From positions 1 through 64,000 of the forward strand of contig CBDCKN010000008.1 of assembly GCA_965218295.1 (NCBI GenBank): a DNA stretch of 64,000 bases, in the 5' to 3' direction. This document shows, one piece after another, positions 61,621-64,000 of this stretch (the first letter of the stretch is position 1; each line of letters starts with the position of its first letter). This stretch comes from Longimicrobiales bacterium. GTDB taxonomy: Bacteria > Gemmatimonadota > Gemmatimonadetes > Longimicrobiales > Gaopeijiaceae. The notes below the pieces were generated by a model. The model searched no databases and had not been told where the DNA came from. It saw only the letters and a program-made list of their open reading frames with translations. Position numbers and translations under genes: made by a program.

Positions 61621-62475
61621 CTACTGGAAGTACGTCTCCAGAAAGCGGGCCCGGGACGCATGTCGGAGCCGTAGTAGCGCCTTCTCCTTGATCTGCCGCA
61701 CCCTCTCTCGGGTGATCCCTAGCAACGACCCGATCTCCTCCAGCGTCATGGGCTCCTGATCGTCGAGTCCGAAGTACAGCCTGAGGATCTTCGCCTCACG
61801 CTCCTTGAGCGTGGAGAGGGCATCTTCCACACTCTCCTTCAGGGCGTGCTCGTAAGCTTCGTCTTCGGGTCCCGGGGAGTATTGGTCTGGCAGGTAATCG
61901 AGGAGCCGGTTGTCCTCACCCGGTGTAATGGGCGCGTCGAGTGATAGATGGGATTGGGATATCGCCAGCGTACGCTCGACCTCCTCTTCCGAGATGTCGA
62001 GATCGTGGGCGAGCTCCTCTACAGTGGGCTCCCGTCCCAACTCCTGCAGAAGAGCCGAGCTCCTTCGTCCGATCCGATGGAGAGCTCCGGCCCGATTGAG
62101 GGGGACCCGTACGATCCGGCTCTGCTCCGCCAATGCCTGTAGAATGGCCTGCCGAATCCACCACACCGCATAGCTGATGAACTTGATACCCTTGGTCTCA
62201 TCGAACTTGTGAGCGGCCCGAATGAGGCCGAGGTTCCCCTCGTTGATGAGATCGGAGAGGGGTACGCCTTGGTTCTGATACTTTTTCGCGACCGAGACGA
62301 CGAATCGGAGGTTGGAGCGGACGAGCTTGTTCAGGGCCTCTTCCTCGCCCCGCCGAATGCCTTTGGCGAGGCGTACCTCTTCGGCCTTGTCGATCAGCGG
62401 ATACTGGCTGATCTCCTTGAGGTACTGATCGAGCGACCCTTCCCGGAAGGAACCTCGACGGGAAGGAAAGCTCAT
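61621..62475 (-). CDS. RpoD/SigA-family sigma factor lacking region 1.1
   Basis: YLKEI, NLRFVVSVAK, KFISYAVWWIRQ, TRERVRQIKEKAL. Confidence 0.95.
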   Translation of the reverse strand: MSFPSRRGSFREGSLDQYLKEISQYPLIDKAEEVRLAKGIRRGEEEALNKLVRSNLRFVVSVAKKYQNQGVPLSDLINEGNLGLIRAAHKFDETKGIKFISYAVWWIRQAILQALAEQSRIVRVPLNRAGALHRIGRRSSALLQELGREPTVEELAHDLDISEEEVERTLAISQSHLSLDAPITPGEDNRLLDYLPDQYSPGPEDEAYEHALKESVEDALSTLKEREAKILRLYFGLDDQEPMTLEEIGSLLGITRERVRQIKEKALLRLRHASRARFLETYFQ

Positions 62476-62644
62476 CTAGCCCTCAGTCGTCCATGGGTCT
62501 GATCGCGTCTCCAAAAGGAAGGGGAGGCGCCGAAGCAGGGAAATGATAAGTCAAGGCGCTGGTAACGCAACCGCCCCAACGAAGAATCTCGGACGAATGC
62601 GGCGTGGCCGCCCACCCGCATCCACGACCTCGCGGCGGTATTCG

Positions 62645-63391
62645 TCAGCGGATTCGCCCACCTACCCGATCCCACCGCACGGCACGAAGCCACGGTGGTC
62701 GTTGTTCGCTGGTGGCGTCGAAGGAGAAGTACACGATCCAGGGCTGGCCGCGGATCGCTTCCCTGTTCACGAACCCCCAGTAGCGCGAATCCTCACTGTT
62801 GTCACGGTTGTCCCCCAGCACGAAGTAGCTGCTCTCCGGGATGGCGAGGGGACCCCAGTGGTCTCGTGAGGGCCGATAGTCTCCACTTCGTGAGCGCGGA
62901 CGTCCAGTCGCCCTGGCCAACAGATGGCTGCGCTGCCACGTCATGTTCGGGTGAACGGCGTCGGCACCGCTGCGGTCGATATACCGCGCATATTCCTCAT
63001 TCACCTCGACGCCGTTCACATAGAGGGCCTTGTCCCTCATCTCGAGCGTGTCGCCGGGCACGCCCACGACCCTCTTCACATAGTTCTTGAGGGGATCATG
63101 CGGAGGGTTGAATACCACTATGTCGCCTCGGCGTGGCTCTCTCCACGCCGGGAGCTTCATCCCCAACAGCGGCACCTCGGCTCCGTACGCCGCCTTGTTG
63201 ACCAGCAGGAAATCCCCCACGAGAAGCGTTCCCTCCATGGAGGACGTGGGAATCTTGAAGGCCTCGACGAGGAAGGTCCGAACGACCAGAAAAAGGATGA
63301 GAGCGAAGAAGAGCGACCGGGTCCAGTCCCAGATCAGTCGAAGCGGGCCCGGCCCTCGTTGCTCTCGAACCGCGTTCCGTTCCTCGCGCAT
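62645..63391 (-). CDS. lepB: Signal peptidase I
   Basis: IPTSSM, YVKRVVG, GDNRDNSEDSRYWG. Confidence 0.95.
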   Translation of the reverse strand: MREERNAVREQRGPGPLRLIWDWTRSLFFALILFLVVRTFLVEAFKIPTSSMEGTLLVGDFLLVNKAAYGAEVPLLGMKLPAWREPRRGDIVVFNPPHDPLKNYVKRVVGVPGDTLEMRDKALYVNGVEVNEEYARYIDRSGADAVHPNMTWQRSHLLARATGRPRSRSGDYRPSRDHWGPLAIPESSYFVLGDNRDNSEDSRYWGFVNREAIRGQPWIVYFSFDATSEQRPPWLRAVRWDRVGGRIR

Positions 63392-63670
63392 ATATGCCGT
63401 CCTGAACCGAATCTGGTGCCTTCGACCATACCCGCCACACTCTCTCCGAGTGCGGTGTGCCCTGTCCCCTGCCCTGGCTAGCGTCGACAGGTGGAAACCA
63501 AAAAATACACGGGTGCCGGGCCTCCGTTCCAGTCTGGGTGGGACGGGAGTACTCCGATTAGGCCTTCCCCCGAGAGGGGATCCGAGCCTAGTCTAGTGAT
63601 AGAGGATATCACCGTCGAATGCACCAGTGACGGGTCGGATCGGACCACCGGGATCAGAGGAGGGATATAC

Positions 63671-64000
63671 GTGAGAGGAAAATTGTCTCCCGTTTCATTC
63701 CTCCTCGTGATCGCCGTTTCCGCCGTCGCCCTCAACTATCTCCGCGGCCGGGCACCGATGTTCGGGAGTGGGGCCCTGGGTGAAGGGGTTGGGGCCTCGG
63801 AAGAGTGCCCCGCGGGAGACCCCCGGTTCTGCGATGAGGGGGTGTTGGCCGGCCCCGACGCGGCTGAGATCATCTTACAGGCCAGTGAGACCTGTACGGA
63901 CGTCGGATATCTGTGCTTGGAGCTCGAGGAGTCGGGCTCCCAGCGCATGTATCGATGGCCCGACGGGACCACTCGCTTGCGAATCCGCATTCCGCCACCC
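63671..64000 (+). CDS. Exported hypothetical protein, runs off the window end
   Basis: GAGGAGG RBS and GTG; MRGKLSPVSFLLVIAVSAVAL..., open to base 64000. Confidence 0.65.
   Translation, partial: MRGKLSPVSFLLVIAVSAVALNYLRGRAPMFGSGALGEGVGASEECPAGDPRFCDEGVLAGPDAAEIILQASETCTDVGYLCLELEESGSQRMYRWPDGTTRLRIRIPPP

Noticed and set aside
63485..63550. Cyclic-di-GMP riboswitch
   Set aside because: Only partial resemblance; the conserved GNRA loop, receptor and junction motifs were not found.

Overview
A GC-rich bacterial chromosome segment made mostly of housekeeping genes. Gene content and order suggest Gemmatimonadota or an FCB-group lineage; this is inference, not a database result. Most genes lie on the minus strand: lepB, a SigA-family sigma factor, rplM-rpsI-rpsB-tsf-pyrH-frr-uppS-cdsA-dxr-rseP, serS-HK-pcrA-gatCAB, murA, rimP-nusA-L7Ae-infB-DUF503-rbfA-truB-ribF, rpsO-pnp-M16-ald-dut, mreBCD-mrdA-rodA-accD-folC, hisS-proS-lysA-guaA, and trxA-rsmI-DUF4159. 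I found no rRNA, tRNA or CRISPR array. Two non-routine signals stand out. (1) A 162-bp palindromic, TA-flanked MITE-like repeat occurs as three full copies plus deleted or stub copies. It repeatedly sits in the stop codons of core genes (folC, infB, rpsO) and carries a 54-codon open frame whose start overlaps the host stop. (2) An IS3-family element splits a lipoprotein signal peptide, and rebuilding the empty site shows it extends about 19 bp beyond its right inverted repeat. MurA has the Cys-to-Asp active-site variant associated with fosfomycin resistance. Several single-base frameshifts and one in-frame amber codon are probably sequencing errors.
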